Positions 21,653 through 32,467 of a stretch of DNA of 64,000 bases are shown here, piece after piece. Every line of letters begins with the position of its first letter. The stretch's first letter is position 1. The stretch comes from Shigella phage SP18: sequence record GQ981382. One strand, written 5' to 3'. The notes below the pieces were generated by a model. It ran no database searches. It had not been told where the DNA came from and saw only the letters and a program-made list of their open reading frames with translations. Position numbers and translations under genes: made by a program.

Positions 21653-23390
21653 GAACTCCGAACAAACGAGCTTCAGACGCGGTGGACCTAATAAAAAGCT
21701 TATCGAAGAATTAGCACCACAAAGGAGGGCGGAAGCCCTCTCTGCTGAACAGAATGATGAATTATCGAATCTGAATACAACTCTTACAAATACTCAGGCT
21801 GCAACCGAACTTGTATCGGAAGCTATTGAGGATAAGGGTAATCAGATTATAGAGAATATCCAAACCAATAATGGAGTCCTCCAGGATATCAGTGCTGGGG
21901 TCGAACTGACGGCCGAAGCCACCGAGAAGACTCAACAAGGGATTAAAAACCTCACGGATATTCTCTCGGATAAGCTCGACAAACTCAGCGCAATGATAAG
22001 TGGTAAACTAGGCGTCACGTCTCCTGTGGCTGGTTCTGAAAGCCTTAAACCTGTGGAGGATGCACTACCAGAGCCTGAAGAGAATAAGCCCACGGCGAGC
22101 GTTCCAACGCTCATACCGCCTGAAGAACAAAAGCCCGACGCTGACTTCATTCCGGAACCAGAACAGCCAAAAACCGATGCAGAAGGCAAAGAGACTAATA
22201 CCTGGTCACTTGGTGATAAGCTTGATACCCTTTCGAAGATAACCGAAAAAGGATTTAAGGCATCGATTTCTGTAGCCGACCGAATCTCCGGAATGTTGTT
22301 CAAATATACAATTACAGCTGCAGCCGAAGCAGCCAAGCTTATTGGTGGATTATTGTTGTTGGTATTCGGTATCGATGCAATACGAGTTTACTTCCAATAT
22401 TTCATGAAGCAATTCGAAAAAGGATGGGCCGAATTTAATGATAAGTTCAAAGAATGGGGCCCACTGCTTGAAGGACTAATGACTTGGGCTAAGAACGCGC
22501 AAGCGATGTTTAGTGAAAAGAATTGGTTGGGATTAGCTGAAGCTATTATCCGTGGGATGGTCAACTTAACGAAGAACATGGCTCAACTTCTTATGCTTGG
22601 TATTTCGAAACTGATTTCAGCTATCTTAAGCAAAATCCCTGGGATGGGCGATTTAGCAGATAATGTGGAAGCCTCAGCTTTGATGTCTTATCAGCAAAAT
22701 ACAGGGGCAACTCTGGATGATGAAGACCAAACCAAGATAGCAAAATATCATGACAAACGTTCGGCTGAAGCAATGGAAGCTACAGAGAAGATGAATAAGA
22801 AGTATAAGGATAAACCTGAACTAATTAATCAAGCCGAAAAATATGGTAACCTTACCAAGGAACAAGCCGACCAGCTTCGCGCGGGTGGTATTGACACAAG
22901 CTTCAGAGACCTTCCGGAAGAAGAACGTCTGGACTATTTCAAGAAGCGTGACAAAGCACAGGCTGATATTATTCGTTTGACCCAAACTGCTGACAACCTA
23001 ATGAAGCCAGACGCAACCGATAAAAAGAATGCGATGGAAATGAGAGCTAACATTGAAAAACAATTAGCTGACCCATCTATGGCAAAAGGTGGAGCTCCGA
23101 AAGACCTGAATATGCGCGCCCTGTTGGAAAAACTTGATAAGTCTCTCGAGAAGTTCAAAGACGAACCGAAAGTTAAACCGCCGGATGTTAAGACTTCTCC
23201 GGATGCACAACAAGCTGCGAAGGTTGACGAAGGCATGAAGGCCAAAGAAAATAAATACAAGGATGCACCAGCTCAGGCACAAATTAACACAGTCAATAAT
23301 ATTCAGAAGACTTCCAGGACGCAATACAATATGCCTCCTCAAAGTTCAACCCCTGCCCCTGGCATGAGACAGGCCACGAGAATTAACTAA
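21645..23390 (+). CDS. 29: Baseplate hub / tail length determinator gp29
   Basis: 581 aa, extended and charge-rich, at the T4 gene 29 position and of similar size. Confidence 0.85.
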   Translation: MNKNSEQTSFRRGGPNKKLIEELAPQRRAEALSAEQNDELSNLNTTLTNTQAATELVSEAIEDKGNQIIENIQTNNGVLQDISAGVELTAEATEKTQQGIKNLTDILSDKLDKLSAMISGKLGVTSPVAGSESLKPVEDALPEPEENKPTASVPTLIPPEEQKPDADFIPEPEQPKTDAEGKETNTWSLGDKLDTLSKITEKGFKASISVADRISGMLFKYTITAAAEAAKLIGGLLLLVFGIDAIRVYFQYFMKQFEKGWAEFNDKFKEWGPLLEGLMTWAKNAQAMFSEKNWLGLAEAIIRGMVNLTKNMAQLLMLGISKLISAILSKIPGMGDLADNVEASALMSYQQNTGATLDDEDQTKIAKYHDKRSAEAMEATEKMNKKYKDKPELINQAEKYGNLTKEQADQLRAGGIDTSFRDLPEEERLDYFKKRDKAQADIIRLTQTADNLMKPDATDKKNAMEMRANIEKQLADPSMAKGGAPKDLNMRALLEKLDKSLEKFKDEPKVKPPDVKTSPDAQQAAKVDEGMKAKENKYKDAPAQAQINTVNNIQKTSRTQYNMPPQSSTPAPGMRQATRIN

Positions 23391-23398
23391 GGAATAAC

Positions 23399-24487
23399 AT
23401 GAAAGTAAAAGAACTCGATATTGCGGGTTTATTTAACGGAGGTTCTAAGACCTCCGCTGGGCAGTCAAAAGCTGCCCAGACTCAAGCTACTATTGTGGCG
23501 CAATATCCAGCAGAACGAGCTTCCGGTAATGATTCTTCAGATGATATGCGAGTTAATGACCTTTATAAAAATGGTCTGTTATTCACGGCATACAATTTCA
23601 GTTCAAGAACATCTCCGGAATTACGCTCAGACAGGTCAAGCCAATTGACTTCATTAAAGAAAGTTTCCAATGGCGCTTCATTTAACCCGGTTAAAAGTTT
23701 AACATCTTTTGCTAAATCGAAATTAACCGGCGCTGGCTCAACAGGTAAAAGTTTTGATTCAAACGCTGTTGCAAATATCCTGTTGCCTCGTTCGAAGTCT
23801 GATGTAGAATCCGTATCGCACCGATTCAACGATGTTGGTGAATCTCTTATTACGAAAGGGGGCGGCTCAGCTACAGGTATTCTTAGTAACATCGCATCGA
23901 CTGCAGTTTTCGGCGCACTCGAATCAGTTACAAATGGTGTAATGGCCGACCATGGTGAACAGATTTACACAACCGCGCGAAGCATGTATGCTGGTCCTGA
24001 TAACAGGACAAAAGTTTACACATGGGAAATGACTCCACGTTCGGCCCAGGACTTAATCCAGATAGTGAAGATATACGAGATTTTTAACTATTATTCCTAT
24101 GGAGAAACCGGCAAAAGTTCGTTTGCTTCCGAGCTGAAAGAAAAAATCGATACATGGTATAAATCCACCTTCAAAAAAGAAGCAATCGATAACTTTGACG
24201 GCAAGTTGCTCGGTGAAGAGATAACAAGCTTCCTAACGAACGTTCTGGTGGTCTCTAACCCTACTATCTGGTATATCCGCAACTTCGGCGATACAAGCTC
24301 GTACGATGGTCGTGGGGAGCTATTTGGGCCGTGTCAGATTCAGAGCATACGATTTGACAAATCACCGGATGGTCATTTCGGTGGATTAGCTATTGCTCCT
24401 AACCTACCATCGACTTTTGTGCTTGAAATCACTTTCCGTGAAATCATTACGCTTAACCGTGGCTCGTTATATGCGGAGGGTTTCTAA
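23399..24487 (+). CDS. 48: Baseplate tail tube cap gp48
   Basis: 362 aa; T4 gp48 size and position between 29 and 54. Confidence 0.85.
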   Translation: MKVKELDIAGLFNGGSKTSAGQSKAAQTQATIVAQYPAERASGNDSSDDMRVNDLYKNGLLFTAYNFSSRTSPELRSDRSSQLTSLKKVSNGASFNPVKSLTSFAKSKLTGAGSTGKSFDSNAVANILLPRSKSDVESVSHRFNDVGESLITKGGGSATGILSNIASTAVFGALESVTNGVMADHGEQIYTTARSMYAGPDNRTKVYTWEMTPRSAQDLIQIVKIYEIFNYYSYGETGKSSFASELKEKIDTWYKSTFKKEAIDNFDGKLLGEEITSFLTNVLVVSNPTIWYIRNFGDTSSYDGRGELFGPCQIQSIRFDKSPDGHFGGLAIAPNLPSTFVLEITFREIITLNRGSLYAEGF

Positions 24488-25431
24488 TGTTTACTTTACA
24501 AGAATTCCAAACGCAGGCGATTAATATCGACTTACAAAGGAATAACCTTTTTAGTGTGGTCTTCGCGACCGCACCTTCCTCTAAATCTCAGAATCTTCTG
24601 GACCAGTTTGGTGGCGCATTATTCAGCAACCTTCCTGTTAACTCAGATTGGTTCGGATTAACACAAGGTGACTTAACTCAAGGGATAACAACTCTTGTTA
24701 CTGCCGGAACACAAAAGCTTATTCGCAAATCAGGGATAAGCAAATATCTTATTGGGGCAATGAGTAACCGTGTTGTGCAATCATTATTAGGGGAATTTGA
24801 GGTTGGTACTTACCTGCTTGATTTCTTTAATATGGCTTATCCAACGGCTGGTCTATTAGTTCACTCTGTTAAGCTTCCGGATAACACATTGAACTACGAA
24901 ATGGACCTTAACCATAATGCGCCAAATATCAAGATAACAGGGAGAGAATATTCTCCGTTGGTATTGAGCTTTAGAATGGATTCAGAGGCGGGGAACTTCA
25001 GAGCATTTAACGATTGGGTTAACTCTGTACAGGACCCAGTTACCCAGCTAAGGGCTTTGCCTGAAGACGTTGAAGCTGATATTCAGGTTAACCTTCATTC
25101 GCGTAATGGGTTACCACATACGGTTGTTATGTTAACCGGTTGTGTTCCTGTAAGTGTATCAGCGCCTGAATTGAGCTATGAAGGGGATAATCAGATAGCT
25201 ACATTTGATGTAACTTTTGCTTATCGCGTTATGTCAACTGGTGCGGTGGGAAGAGCTGCAGCATTGGAATGGTTGGAAGATAAGGTTATTAAAGGTGTAT
25301 CTGGTATTAGTTCAGATAACAACTTGAACGCAGAAGTTGCCAAATTGAGTCGCTTGTCTGGTGCTCAATCTGGATTAACAAGTCTATACAATACGTTTAC
25401 TGGTTCTGGCGGAAGTCAACGTATATTATAA
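24487..25431 (+). CDS. 54: Baseplate tail tube initiator gp54
   Basis: 314 aa; T4 gp54 size and position; bidirectional UUCG hairpin terminator downstream. Confidence 0.85.
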   Translation: MFTLQEFQTQAINIDLQRNNLFSVVFATAPSSKSQNLLDQFGGALFSNLPVNSDWFGLTQGDLTQGITTLVTAGTQKLIRKSGISKYLIGAMSNRVVQSLLGEFEVGTYLLDFFNMAYPTAGLLVHSVKLPDNTLNYEMDLNHNAPNIKITGREYSPLVLSFRMDSEAGNFRAFNDWVNSVQDPVTQLRALPEDVEADIQVNLHSRNGLPHTVVMLTGCVPVSVSAPELSYEGDNQIATFDVTFAYRVMSTGAVGRAAALEWLEDKVIKGVSGISSDNNLNAEVAKLSRLSGAQSGLTSLYNTFTGSGGSQRIL

Positions 25432-25433
25432 AA

Positions 25434-25460
25434 AGAAAGGGACCGAAGGTCCCTTTTTAT
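25434..25460. terminator. Bidirectional terminator hairpin between gene 54 and the alt-side genes
   Basis: AAAGGGACC-GAAG-GTCCCTTTTT. Confidence 0.7.
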
Positions 25461-25747
25461 TTGCGGAATGAAATGAAACCTGCTGCAGTCATTACAACTT
25501 CTTTCTTAGCAAAGACTGTAATTGCAATTGGTGCTTCAGATTCAAGTTGCCCAGTTACTACACCATTAAAAATATTTTCTGTTTGTTCAGAATTTACAAA
25601 GTTTTCAACAGGGCGAAGGTCAAACTTCTTATCTTCGCCAAACACGCGCCGCAGTTCATTACCCACCGCGCTGTCAAACTCTTCTGAAGCCGGGATAACA
25701 TTCTCAACTACCAGTTCCTGGCCATTAAAGCGAAAAGATGATTTCAT
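25457..25747 (-). CDS. Hypothetical protein downstream of alt (alt.-1-like position)
   Basis: 96 aa from the internal Met (MKSSFRFNGQ), which has a GAGGA RBS; the longer ORF-track version would overlap the alt 3' end. Confidence 0.55.
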   Translation of the reverse strand: MKSSFRFNGQELVVENVIPASEEFDSAVGNELRRVFGEDKKFDLRPVENFVNSEQTENIFNGVVTGQLESEAPIAITVFAKKEVVMTAAGFISFRK

Positions 25748-25811
25748 TTTGTTTTCCTCATGTGCAATTGATATGAACATTGTATCGCACTTCCTTGTGC
25801 TTGTAAACCCC

Positions 25812-27872
25812 CTACGAAAGGAATTTAGGAGGAATAGCTTCCAAATTAATACAACTAGCAAGAATACCAAGACCTTGATTGACTTTCTTCGTTACCCCAG
25901 AGGATGCAAACGATGCAAAGTCAACAGATTCTACTGGCTCTTCTGTTTCCTCGCCCTGATAAACGACAAGCTCACCAGTTTCCATCAACACATCACCATC
26001 ATAGATAACTGCATTTTCATCCAGTTGGTCAGTGGTCTGGATATCAGCTTCCAGCATTTTGACGTTCGCGTTTCCTTTATACGAAGCATCCGTAATTTTG
26101 GTAATCTTAACTACAGTTCCACGTGGAAGAATAACTTCCTGCTCGGATGGGTTGCCTGACAATTCCCCAGGAACAATTACGTTAATTAAGTCTGCCCCAG
26201 AAATTTTCCAACCGACATGAATCATTGCGTTGTCCGGGTTTGCACCTGGGATATTTGGTAAAACAATTTCGTCATCAGCCTGGAAAGATGTCCCGTCGCG
26301 ATAGTCCTGATGAACTGCGGCCATAGCAACGTTCGCCACCCAGCCACCAAAGATAATTGGTTTAAATGATGTTGATACATAGTTCCTAAAATAGAATAAT
26401 TTCGACTGTTTAATTTTATTAAATGTAGGAACGTTTAAATATTGACCACGCCAAAGAGTTGTATTAGGTGGCAACTTATGTCCAATTTCAAAGGCCGAAT
26501 CCAATTCCTTAATTGTTTCGACAACTCTGTCTAGATTTAGGAATTCGGTGTCTTCTTCATAATAATTACCCATCAAATAATTATTAATATCGACATAGTT
26601 GGCTCCACAATAATCTGCAATTGCTTCACGCTGGCCATAATGGAAACGGTTGTCAGTATACCCTGCTGTGAAATTAAGAGTATTTTCTGATGCTTCTTCT
26701 GCAAAGTCTTTAACTGCAACACGAATGGCGCTTGTGTATTCTTCTTCCCAGAGCGTGGCTGCATAAGTGGCTGCATCCAGGTTAGGAGGAGCATCATTCA
26801 TTTTTCTTTCGATAAATGCGGCTTTGCGAAGGTTAAGAATCTCTGCACATGATTCGGCAAAAATCTGCATCTGCTTCATACTACCAACTGGAGCACGTTT
26901 AAGTTCGCGATGCATACGGTTAAAAATTGGGTCAGAGTCTTCAACACGAATTTCTTCTTTCCAAACACCATTTGCACGCATAGCCGTATCTGCTGCGCGC
27001 ATACGAGCCATAGTATTCGTTTCGGAAGGTCGAACAAAAATTTCCAGTTCTTCGTAATCATCGATAAGTTCTGCCGTAGCCGGTCGACTAAACTTAGCAG
27101 CTTCTGCATCAATTTCGTCCCAACCTTCTGGCACGGAATCACTTGGAGCGTACTGGGCTTGTGCAATAGCTCGGCGACTGATTTTAGTTTTCTGGGCAAC
27201 AGCAGCATCGGTCTTTTTGTTTGCTGCATCAATCAGAACTTCGGCTGCGATTTCTTGTTTGGAGACTTGTGCGCCTGTATCTTTATTAGTGAATACATCG
27301 CCGACTTTAGTTTCAACTTTTTGATATTTCTCAGGGACCGGTGGCATACCATCAACCGAAAGCAGGTCAACACCCTTTTTGTACATAATTACATAAGCGT
27401 TCTTTTTACCGAGGCCGGAAGCATTCGGAAGAACATGATAACGCCCGCTGGTTTTCATTTGAATCAGTCGATTCATAATACGAATAACAGCTTGGTCTTG
27501 CCCTTTCATCTTTTTGGATGGGAAACGGAACAAGACTACATCAGGTTTGCCTAGTTTAATGCTTTCCCAGACTGTAACAAAAATCAGGTTAATCGCATCA
27601 AGAGGTTTTTCACCTAGACCACCCTTCAGAGGAACAGCATGGCCATGTGAAGTCCCGGATAACAGGAATACCTCGGCAATTGCATCGCCACGTTTATATT
27701 GTTTAACTGTTTCTTTGCCCGTGAATTGCATCAAACGGGCCATAAGAGAATTGGTCCCAGGAACACCGAATTGCCAAACCTGCGGGACCTTGTATTTTGG
27801 ATTCATATTAATGACAGGATAACCGAAGGCTTCGATATATTTGTCAAAGAGTTCATTTAATTGTTCAGACAT
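25812..27872 (-). CDS. alt: Alt ADP-ribosyltransferase (packaged, modifies host RNA polymerase)
   Basis: 686 aa; N-terminus co-linear with T4 Alt; C-terminal ART motifs (YVDINNYL, FRNYVSTSF, EQEVILPRG = R-S-ExE signature). Confidence 0.9.
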   Translation of the reverse strand: MSEQLNELFDKYIEAFGYPVINMNPKYKVPQVWQFGVPGTNSLMARLMQFTGKETVKQYKRGDAIAEVFLLSGTSHGHAVPLKGGLGEKPLDAINLIFVTVWESIKLGKPDVVLFRFPSKKMKGQDQAVIRIMNRLIQMKTSGRYHVLPNASGLGKKNAYVIMYKKGVDLLSVDGMPPVPEKYQKVETKVGDVFTNKDTGAQVSKQEIAAEVLIDAANKKTDAAVAQKTKISRRAIAQAQYAPSDSVPEGWDEIDAEAAKFSRPATAELIDDYEELEIFVRPSETNTMARMRAADTAMRANGVWKEEIRVEDSDPIFNRMHRELKRAPVGSMKQMQIFAESCAEILNLRKAAFIERKMNDAPPNLDAATYAATLWEEEYTSAIRVAVKDFAEEASENTLNFTAGYTDNRFHYGQREAIADYCGANYVDINNYLMGNYYEEDTEFLNLDRVVETIKELDSAFEIGHKLPPNTTLWRGQYLNVPTFNKIKQSKLFYFRNYVSTSFKPIIFGGWVANVAMAAVHQDYRDGTSFQADDEIVLPNIPGANPDNAMIHVGWKISGADLINVIVPGELSGNPSEQEVILPRGTVVKITKITDASYKGNANVKMLEADIQTTDQLDENAVIYDGDVLMETGELVVYQGEETEEPVESVDFASFASSGVTKKVNQGLGILASCINLEAIPPKFLS

Positions 27873-27881
27873 TTTTAACCC

Positions 27882-29756
27882 TTAATTGAGAAGGTGTACA
27901 AGTTTTTCCATAGACAAATCATAAGAGATTCTGTCATATTTTTTCAAAAGCGAATTTGATTCGTCTATCTGGTCATTTTCTAAGATAGAGCATTCAACGA
28001 GAATGTATTTACCCATCGAACCCATCATGCCAGCTGTAGCACCATAGACTTTATCAATCTTAAGCATTGTTCCACGTGGAAGAATAACTTCGGTTTCAAC
28101 GGACCAGTTTGCCAGGTCACCAGGAATAACTACCTTGATATTTTCTGCACCTTTGATAATCATACCAATCTTGATTGTAGGTTTCGCCGAACCAGTTGCA
28201 CTTTTAATAGTTGCATCGATTGCCCCATCATCGATATCACTCGATAATGCATTTGGGTCAAGGTTCGCAGCGGTGTGGCCCATACGACCGAAAATATTTG
28301 GCGCCAGAGATGTACTCGCAAACATAGGAAGATACATCGTTTTATTTTTTATGGAATTAATTGCCATATCGGTTGGCATGACTTGAGCACGGTAGATGAT
28401 AGTTCCTTTTGGAAGCTTAACACCGTTTTCAAATACTTTATCCATATCGGAAATCATTTTGATTTCGCTTTCTTTTGCGTCAGCTTTCCCTAGCAGGAAA
28501 TTATTGATTGCAGTATATTTTCCGCGAGTATACGCCTTAATTGCTTCGGCCTGGTCTTCAGTTATTTCAGGGTTGTCGGAGATATGAAATAATGGTTGGA
28601 TGGCCTTGGTGTAAATTTCATCTGCGATAATACGAATAGCTTCTTTAGTCTTATCTTCGCGCGCCCAGGTCCCCACAATGGAGTCGTCAAGCAACATATC
28701 AGCAACTCTACGCAATGTATCAACAGGATTCTTTGAGGCCCGCAGGACGTTCGAAAACTCACTTATTTTGTGTTCCATGTCAACTTCTTTAAGAGCATTA
28801 AACACATCCATGGCTACACGAGTTTTTGTCTTATCTTCACCAACACCACCTTGTGCAACTAAATCAAAATAGTCTGCATACTCATCACCCGCACGGTCGA
28901 TTACTTTTATTGAAGCTTTAGCTATCTGACTTTCTCTGGCATCATCTGCTGAATGCACTGCGCTACTGGTCGAGAGTTTTGTATAAATCTCTTTGTGCTC
29001 TGGTGAGAATTTAGCAAGGCCAGTTGGTTCGTTCCCCGAATACAATGCGTTAATAGCTGCGCGTTTAGAAAACTTGGTTTTAACAACAACTGCCTGGTCT
29101 GTACGTTTTTCTTCAACCTTTGCAATAGAGGCCGCAATAGCTTCATTCTTGGTAACAGTTTCGCCGGTGGCTTTGTCTACATAAACATCACCGACTTTCG
29201 ATTCCACTTTTGTGTACAATTCGGTATTGATGCCAGGAATTCCGGCGATAGATTCAATTGGTTTGGATTTACGATAAATCAATACGTAAGTATGTTTACC
29301 CGTGTACTGATACATATCATCCAGAACTTTGAACTGACCGCCGGCACGGGCCATAATAAGCCGAGCAAGAACACGCTGAATAGTTCGTTCTTGTCCCTTC
29401 ATTTTGCGGGTCGGGAAGCGGAACATAATTGCATCCATTTTCATCAGTTTTACTTGTTCGTAAACTACATCAAAAATGGATTTAATTGCTCCAATCGGGT
29501 TATCACCAAGACCACCTTTAAGAATAGCTGGAGTACCGTTTGAATTTAATGACATCAAAATAACGTGTGCATACTTATCGCCAGTTTTGACCTGTTTAAT
29601 AGCATCGCCTTCGGATGCGTAAGACACCATACGAGCAATAAGATTATCATTCCCCGGGACCTGGATATTCCAAATCTGTGGAACTTTTGACTTTGAAAGG
29701 TTAATGGCCGGGATATTAGATTCCCCTTCAAAAACCTCTGACAATAATTCGGTCAT
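27882..29756 (-). CDS. Alt-like ADP-ribosyltransferase, second paralogue
   Basis: 624 aa; same architecture with independent ART motifs (YTAINNFL, MFASTSLAP, ETEVILPRG) and shared central block (TELYTKVESKVGDVYVDKATG). Confidence 0.88.
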   Translation of the reverse strand: MTELLSEVFEGESNIPAINLSKSKVPQIWNIQVPGNDNLIARMVSYASEGDAIKQVKTGDKYAHVILMSLNSNGTPAILKGGLGDNPIGAIKSIFDVVYEQVKLMKMDAIMFRFPTRKMKGQERTIQRVLARLIMARAGGQFKVLDDMYQYTGKHTYVLIYRKSKPIESIAGIPGINTELYTKVESKVGDVYVDKATGETVTKNEAIAASIAKVEEKRTDQAVVVKTKFSKRAAINALYSGNEPTGLAKFSPEHKEIYTKLSTSSAVHSADDARESQIAKASIKVIDRAGDEYADYFDLVAQGGVGEDKTKTRVAMDVFNALKEVDMEHKISEFSNVLRASKNPVDTLRRVADMLLDDSIVGTWAREDKTKEAIRIIADEIYTKAIQPLFHISDNPEITEDQAEAIKAYTRGKYTAINNFLLGKADAKESEIKMISDMDKVFENGVKLPKGTIIYRAQVMPTDMAINSIKNKTMYLPMFASTSLAPNIFGRMGHTAANLDPNALSSDIDDGAIDATIKSATGSAKPTIKIGMIIKGAENIKVVIPGDLANWSVETEVILPRGTMLKIDKVYGATAGMMGSMGKYILVECSILENDQIDESNSLLKKYDRISYDLSMEKLVHLLN

Positions 29757-29792
29757 ATTGTTTTCCTTATAAAATATGATGTATTTATACGA

Positions 29793-29815
29793 AAAAGGGC
29801 CGAAGCCCTTTTGTT
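29793..29815 (-). terminator. Terminator hairpin downstream of DNA ligase
   Basis: AAGGGC-CGAA-GCCCTT flanked by A/T runs. Confidence 0.6.
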
Positions 29816-31355
29816 ATTTTAATCCAGTCTTTGACCAGTCGCCAAATACATCTTCGAATGTGTCTGCATGGTCTTTATCGAAACGGAACCCTTTGATAAT
29901 CGGCAGGAACAATGCAACCGTATTATCTTTACGAGTCTCGGAAGTCACCCAACCATTACATTCACAGTCAGCAATCATTCCAACCAATTCACCTTTACGA
30001 GCTTTAACCATCAAGGCTTCACGGTCCAGTTCGTGACGTTCATCAATCGGAATAGAAACCCATTTTTTGGTTTTCTTATCTTTCACTTGAGTTGTGTCTT
30101 TAAAACCAGACCCACAGTTATTTGTAATCTTGCCACAAGAAGAACGAAGCACAACACCGCCAATTTTATCTGGGTCTTTATCGTGCTCGTAATATCCAAT
30201 GATTTCCATTGCAATGTCAATTACTTCTTTGAACTTATACAAGTTCTTTGAGCGCTTGTTTTCCCAAATCGATGCCATATTCTTAAGGATAATACCTTCA
30301 AGACCTTCATCAACATATTTCTTATAGATAACTTTCGCTTCATCGAGATTGTTAACAACATGGTTTTCAATCAGAATCATGCGGTCGAAACCATGCAGCA
30401 CCACATTATCTGCAATCATCTTTTCCAGAACAGCAAAACGCACATCGTATTTCAACGGATTGAGAATCTTAACATCAGAATAGACTTCAATCAGCGGAAC
30501 ATAATCCCAAACCTGGAATTTCATGCAAGAAGCTTCTGCTGCAGAAATAGTTCCTTTCAATGATTTGTTTGCCAGACCATTTGAAAAGGTTCTTGATTCC
30601 GCGAATTCTGTGAATTCTTTTGCCTTACTAAGCTCAGGCATATCGTCAAAAAGGAAGCTCAAACCATCATTCTGGGGAGCTATTTTCTGTTCATGATATA
30701 CTAACTCGCCGTCAATCAAAACGCCCTCAGGATGTCTCTCACGCGCTTCACGGGTAGCTTCAATCAATTCCTTTTTAAGGAGGTCAAGCTTGAGGTATTC
30801 GTTGCCAGCTCGGGATAACAATCGAACATCATCCAACTCATCGCCACGAACTTCTGCAAAACACCGAGCGCCGTCGGCTTTCAATTGCGCAAAGGCCGGG
30901 AACTTAATGTTCTTGGCAATACCGGCTTCATCATAGGAAGAAGCGAGCATCTGCGGTTGTTCAGGAATTAAACCTTTCCAAACCTTATTTGCAATTGATA
31001 CGGATGCCCCGCATTCCAGGTCACGCATCATAACACGCCGCAGGACTTCAACATCTGCTTTTTTACCATCAGCAATATAGCCAGATAATTCCTCGATTGC
31101 AGCATTACCTGTTAATTTACGAGAGGCTAATGTGAATTCAATAAAGTCAAGCATATCATCGATATTCAGCATACCAAAGCTTTGAGTCGTTGTCCCAGGT
31201 TTTGGCCATTTCTTAATATAGAACTGGATGCCTTTGGAATATGTCAAACGATACACACGTTTGAGGGTTTCATTGTCAGAATACGATTCCAGAATAGCTT
31301 GTTTCTCTTTAGTAGAATCGGTTGCAGCAATTTCATTTAAAATATCTAAAATCAT
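29814..31355 (-). CDS. 30: ATP-dependent DNA ligase gp30
   Basis: KADGAR adenylation motif and T4 ligase-like blocks (LEGIILKN, KFQVWDYVPL); start at the ATG with AAGAGGTG RBS. Confidence 0.93.
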   Translation of the reverse strand: MILDILNEIAATDSTKEKQAILESYSDNETLKRVYRLTYSKGIQFYIKKWPKPGTTTQSFGMLNIDDMLDFIEFTLASRKLTGNAAIEELSGYIADGKKADVEVLRRVMMRDLECGASVSIANKVWKGLIPEQPQMLASSYDEAGIAKNIKFPAFAQLKADGARCFAEVRGDELDDVRLLSRAGNEYLKLDLLKKELIEATREARERHPEGVLIDGELVYHEQKIAPQNDGLSFLFDDMPELSKAKEFTEFAESRTFSNGLANKSLKGTISAAEASCMKFQVWDYVPLIEVYSDVKILNPLKYDVRFAVLEKMIADNVVLHGFDRMILIENHVVNNLDEAKVIYKKYVDEGLEGIILKNMASIWENKRSKNLYKFKEVIDIAMEIIGYYEHDKDPDKIGGVVLRSSCGKITNNCGSGFKDTTQVKDKKTKKWVSIPIDERHELDREALMVKARKGELVGMIADCECNGWVTSETRKDNTVALFLPIIKGFRFDKDHADTFEDVFGDWSKTGLK

Positions 31356-31364
31356 AATCACCTC

Positions 31365-31646
31365 TTAGTCGTTGGCTCTATTATATGCCACATCTTCCAA
31401 AAGCAAATCCAGACGCTTATGATAAGAGAACACAAATCTCATTCGCCCATCTGGTTTAAACTTAGACATAAAGTGAACATAGATAAACCCTTGCTCAACA
31501 CATTCACGCCAAACCGGATGGTCTTTGGCTGGGTTAATATCAAACGAGTAATCATGATTCACATGACGAATAAACTGATTAACATGACCATAATCCATGG
31601 TAGTAGTAGGACCATAATCAGAAATAGTATGAACGACAAACATCAA
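31365..31646 (-). CDS. Hypothetical protein (30.1-like position)
   Basis: 93-aa ORF between ligase and the HAD-like gene, with abutting start/stop. Confidence 0.55.
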   Translation of the reverse strand: MMFVVHTISDYGPTTTMDYGHVNQFIRHVNHDYSFDINPAKDHPVWRECVEQGFIYVHFMSKFKPDGRMRFVFSYHKRLDLLLEDVAYNRAND

Positions 31647-32467
31647 TTACCCCCTTGGCCGCCGGTCGGTTGATTGTACCAATATTCAATGCCAGTACCT
31701 ACGCATGGGCCATATTGATATGGATATGCTGGATTATAACCAGGAGTCCATGGTTGACCTGGCTGCCAGCCTTGTTGCATTTGTTGTTGAAGACGGCGAG
31801 TTTCACGAAACAGTTCGTCCAGTTTACGGAGTTCATCAGGGGTGAATTCTGGTTTGACCGGTTCATCTTTGTGTTTCAGTTTAAGCTGTCCAGCAACATC
31901 GTCCCAATTAAAAACTTTGGAAGCTGTTTTAGGAATAGCATCACGTTCGCCACGGGCCATCCAATAAACCGGGACTTCAAGGATTTCACTCGCATGGTCG
32001 CAATGGTGTGCAAGGTCATCAATATAACAAACGACATTATATTTGGTCTTCGCTTTCTGGAATAACTCTTCTTTAGAGGCTGTATGGCCACACATCATCA
32101 CTTCTTTAAATGCACCAGGGAACAAAGCATTCAGGTTGAATTGACGATTCAGACGGGCATCAATGGAATCACCCAGAGCTGTAACGGCCACAAAATCATA
32201 TTGCTCTTTGAGGTTATTAATAACCCTTAACGCATCCGCATAAGGAGACAAATAGCGAATAAAATCTGAACAGTTATATTTCTCAATCAACTGTGCTCCC
32301 AACTCTTCATCACAATTGAACAGTTTACCAGGGGTCACAAATTTTTCATCCTGAATCATCTTAAGGATATGTTCCAGGGGTAAATTATATTTTTGGGCGA
32401 AATAAGGCAAGCCAGACTGCCATGACAAACATACGCCATCAATATCGGTTAAAATAACGGGTTTCAT
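31643..32467 (-). CDS. HAD-superfamily hydrolase-like protein (30.2-like position), Gln/Pro/Tyr-rich C-terminus
   Basis: N-terminal MKPVILTDIDGV (DxDGx motif I) and later YIDD (motif IV); low-complexity tail QQMQQGWQPGQPWTPGYNPAYPYQYG. Confidence 0.65.
   Translation of the reverse strand: MKPVILTDIDGVCLSWQSGLPYFAQKYNLPLEHILKMIQDEKFVTPGKLFNCDEELGAQLIEKYNCSDFIRYLSPYADALRVINNLKEQYDFVAVTALGDSIDARLNRQFNLNALFPGAFKEVMMCGHTASKEELFQKAKTKYNVVCYIDDLAHHCDHASEILEVPVYWMARGERDAIPKTASKVFNWDDVAGQLKLKHKDEPVKPEFTPDELRKLDELFRETRRLQQQMQQGWQPGQPWTPGYNPAYPYQYGPCVGTGIEYWYNQPTGGQGGN

Noticed and set aside
26910-27554. 214-aa plus-strand ORF inside alt
   Set aside because: Antisense to a well-supported gene; no RBS and no recognisable domain.
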